From Ancylonema sp. (Eukaryota), in NCBI GenBank assembly GCA_050230475.1, contig JBFLGF010000140.1, positions 62,001 through 87,132 of the forward strand: a stretch of DNA of 25,132 nt. Direction: 5' to 3'. The position numbers and the translations under genes are program-made. Every line of letters begins with the position of its first letter. Within the stretch, counting starts at the first letter, position 1. The notes beneath the pieces are model-generated. The model made no database searches and was not told the DNA's origin. It worked only from the letters and a program-made list of their open reading frames with translations. Below, piece by piece: positions 21,868 through 25,132 of this stretch.

Positions 21868-23172
21868 ACCTGGATGACACCCCAAGATGGACGCGCTTCT
21901 AAAAGGAGTCGCACCCCCCAGATTACCATCTCACACCCCGCTTTAAAAGCAAAGCCGTACTGCCATTCGAAATGGTCGTGAAGCGCCTCCCGGATCTGAA
22001 GGCATATCGCACGGCTGAGCAAACGATAAAACTCCTCCCCCACAGCAAGGGGACGTACCGCCCCGCCACCCTTATCCAACGCCACCAGCCGAGATGCCCC
22101 TAATAGATGACAAATAGACGCCGGAATGCGACCCCTCGCAACATGAGCAGCCACGTGGAACAAGAGGTCAAAACCACTAGCAGGGTCATCCGGATCGAGA
22201 ACGTCACGAAAATGTTCAAACACCATTCCAGACAACCCTGCAGCAAAATGGCTTGGGGCCCCTCGCAACGCCACAACGAATGAGTCCCTCTCGAGAATGA
22301 AATCGTCGGGAGGCCTAAAATCCCCAACAAAATCTGGGAGAGCAGCCGGGGCAATGGGGTGCAAGTCACGCAGCTGTGCCACAGTCTCTTCCGTCCCACG
22401 CGCTAGAGATTGTGACACTAGGGCCCGAGCTGACCGCGACAGCTCACCACTCCTTCCCAAAAAAAGCGCACGTTTAAGATTCCCCCCACCCCCTCCACCT
22501 TCCCCAATTGTGCCTCCGACGTCCCCACTTCTTCCCGCCTCCCACCTCCCACCATCCGTCCCCTCCCCCGTCCCCCCCCCTCCGCTGCTGCCTCTCTCCT
22601 GAGGGGGTGGGGTACAGCGAGCAATATGCTCATGATGCAGCGATTCCCAATCCCCCCCAAGAAATCGAGCGAGTAATACGTCGCCTCGCGTTTCCCTATG
22701 GCCAACCTGACCCCCGTGGTGTGGGAGGGGAAGGCACCAAAAAGGAAACATCAAAAATACCTTCCACGCAGCAATATCCCCAGGGTCATCCCTCAAGCGA
22801 CGGAGCGGAAGCACAAAAGCGCGCTGGACTTCTACTCGGATGGATGGCAGGCATAAGGGATCTTCCGACGATATAGGCGGGGCTGGCACAATCATATCCT
22901 GTGGCAGTAGGATCGCAAAGTGTAGTATCGAGGGGGGCCCACGACCACCGAAGACGGAGGTGGGAGGCGGGGAAGGGCCGTGAAGCATGTGCGGGGCCTC
23001 CCCCACTCAATGCAGGGGCCGGAACACATAATGCGACATGACGTGCCAACCATGCGGCGCCCGTATAGTGATTTCCACAATTGTTGGGGCAGTAAATCAA
23101 AGGCCTACCCCTAGCTGAAAGCTGGGGGAGGGACCCTTGAGTCCCTCCCCCTCCGGCCGTTGCCGTAGGGTC
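21868..23172 (-). pseudogene. CRE-like element ORF, N-terminal part (zinc finger and early RT motifs)
   Basis: ORFs 22786..23100 (finger) and 21831..23006 (ARFLGGDW...GELSRSARAL...LRDLHP...GLSGMVFEH...SRLVALDKGGGAVRPLAVGE...QYGF). Confidence 0.8.
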
Positions 23173-24210
23173 TCAAACCTAGGCCAAAATCAGCTGAAAA
23201 CGAAATGATAATAACACCTACTTGGGTTCAAAATATAGCCTGTACAAAGGGCTACTTAAATCCAAGAATGGACAAGATGTTAAAAATCTAAGAATGAACA
23301 AGATATGCGACACTTCGCATCGCGTGCACTGAGGAAAGATCGCGTGCGGTGATTTGAATGCGGGATTTGAATGCCCACGCAGGCGATCCGTAGAATCACG
23401 TACTTGGATTTTAGACCTAAAAAGACGGACCCTTGTCAAGAACTCCGTCCGCACGGCTCGTGCAACTATAATTGAAAAGGGTGGATGAGGCCATATTAAA
23501 TAACTCAATTGTTGTAAAAAATGGGTTCGGCTATAGTGTGGGTCACTTGATAATAAAAGTATATCAAGAGTAGGGAAAATATTCGTATCCCCACGATTTA
23601 TAACCGGGGATAGGGGGAGCGCGGATGTACGAAGGTAGTGGTACATCCCACCCCCCCCAATTAACCCACCCTCGGGAGGACTTCGCCTGTAGGACCCATC
23701 TATATCTACAACGAGTTCTTTCTAGTTTTTTTTTCGGGTTGGGTTGATTTTTCTATTGGGTTTTGGGTACATAACACTACCGATGTGTCATAGAGTTGGA
23801 TGGCTTCTTATAACTTCCCCCACTATACTATGTTGAAAGTCGCAAAGGAATTGCATTCAATGAAAAAAACCACTTGTGTGCTGAGCTTTCACTTCTTAGG
23901 AAATAAGTCACTTTTCTCCTCACAAATTCTTTGTGCTATCTTAACTTGCACTACGACCTCTTGTCTTATTGAGGACGCAAACGCACAAAGTGCATTGGCA
24001 ATACTATTACACACACGCACACACAACCCTACGTGTACAAAATTCCATTAAAAAACAAAAAAAAAAAACAAAAAAACATAGAGACACATCACCTTGTTCT
24101 TCGAAGCACAAAACTGTGCCTTAGCCTTAAACCCGAAACTCGTAGCTCAAAAACAAAATACATGTAGTCAACTTTGACGGCACGCCACACTCTGACTACC
24201 CTATATGAGT

Positions 24211-25132
24211 CTAAAAGTCCACATCGGCAATTCCCAAATTTGACACCATAATCTTGAGCTGGTCGGGGAAGTTGACGCCCGTGGCAAATTCGGTGAGAAG
24301 ACCGACGGAAAGACCGAACATACTCCATCTAAAACCCAAGACCCGAGATTATAAGTCACACCAAGTCTTGCCCCATCGAAAAATCGAAACAACCGATATC
24401 CGTTTCGGAAAACATATGAATCCAATGGGATTATTATCCAATAGGATTATTTATAGCATGTCCCCTCATTCTCAAAATCACAATTTCTACCTCACATATT
24501 ACGAACTTCATCCCCCAGCACAAAACCTTTGTCAATAATAAATCACACAAAGAGTTCGAGCTTCTTTATAAATCCTTTAAACCTTTGAATTCTGTTGTTT
24601 AAGATATCTAGCTGAGCAGGGCAGCCTTCCAGCTGTCTGACAAGGGCTGCTGAATCTGTACTGATTTCATGAAGTTTTTGACCGAAAACAGTACTCCGCC
24701 AACACTTCCAGTACTCCCACACGGTTGAGCCATCAGGTCTGCAATTGAGCTGTATATAATTATACCTCTTCGTCACTGACGCAACGGCGCAGTGCCAGGT
24801 GTTCCCTGACTGTACCAATACTTCACTTTTCAGGACATCGCACCAATTCTAGAAAATAACTATCATGTTCGATAAGACCTCCATGCTCCTCTTCAACAGA
24901 CAGGAACAGGTAGCCATGTCCGGTTGCGGTAGAAGCGTATCGACTCTCTATACCCTTGCTGTCTAACCAGTTATTATACAATTCATTACTGTAAAGCCGA
25001 GGAACAAATTGAATCGACTATGTCCCTCTACCGAGTCTGGGTTCTGTCCGGAAACTTGACAGTCTGATACGACCCAGAAACAGTACTCATCATAAATCCC
25101 GGATCTACAATCACCAAATCTTACCTTCCATT
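24211..25132 (-). CDS. OHP2: One-helix protein 2 (OHP2, LHC-like), 3' partial; exon tail 25132-25125, intron 25124-24329, last exon 24328-24211
   Basis: Not in the ORF track. AAT GGA AG|gtaag ... ttttag|A TGG splices to NGRWSMFGLSVGLLTEFATGVNFPDQLKIMVSNLGIADVDF*, matching the OHP2 C-terminus as I recall it (NGRWAMFGFAVGMLTEYATGSDxVDQVKILLSNFGIxDLE). Confidence 0.92.

Larger units (their letters stand above)
13845..23172 (-). mobile_element. CRE-clade-like non-LTR retrotransposon (single ORF: zinc finger - RT - CCHC - restriction-like endonuclease), interrupted by two LTR insertions
   Basis: N-terminal CPNNCG...LARHVALC finger (from 23100). RT motifs RPLAVGE, QYGF, NTISR, GTRLGDPLG, SITDD, LGLSVQSSKC and GIRVLGAPFG. 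Also LPIAGGGVGL, the knuckle RLRLG...CTCG...DALGTHLMRC, and the RLE HDSVRD...GRVDIVI...VDMVIADP...RKETHY...FALETYG...RQRVSIALQR. Stop at 13937; AATAAA near 13850. Ends are approximate and no TSD was found. Confidence 0.85.

Noticed and set aside
24543..24818. 91-aa ORF as a nested gene
   Set aside because: It lies inside the OHP2 intron and has no recognisable motif.

Overview
Eukaryotic nuclear DNA from a land plant, most likely a bryophyte or lycophyte (inferred from the PsbQ sequence and the transposon content). From left to right: a decayed F-box/LRR gene (- strand, running off the left edge); a 3-exon PsbQ/OEE3 gene (+, 2228-4495) with light-responsive promoter motifs and one in-frame TAG in its last exon; a ~19.7 kb transposon island; and the 3' part of OHP2 (- strand, running off the right edge). 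The island holds a 63-bp higher-order minisatellite, a Ty1/copia RNase H remnant, nested pogo/Emigrant-like elements, and a CRE-like non-LTR retrotransposon with a restriction-like endonuclease (~13845-23172, -). That non-LTR element carries two chromovirus insertions: a full-length Tcn1/Tf1-like Ty3/gypsy element (15220-20785) and a solo LTR of a sister family (21456-21867). The gypsy element has no tRNA primer site but has an exact 11-nt self-priming match, a start-site hairpin conserved by covariation in the sister LTR, and an intact -1 frameshift signal. All alignments were done by eye and no searches were run. Many small indels may be assembly errors.
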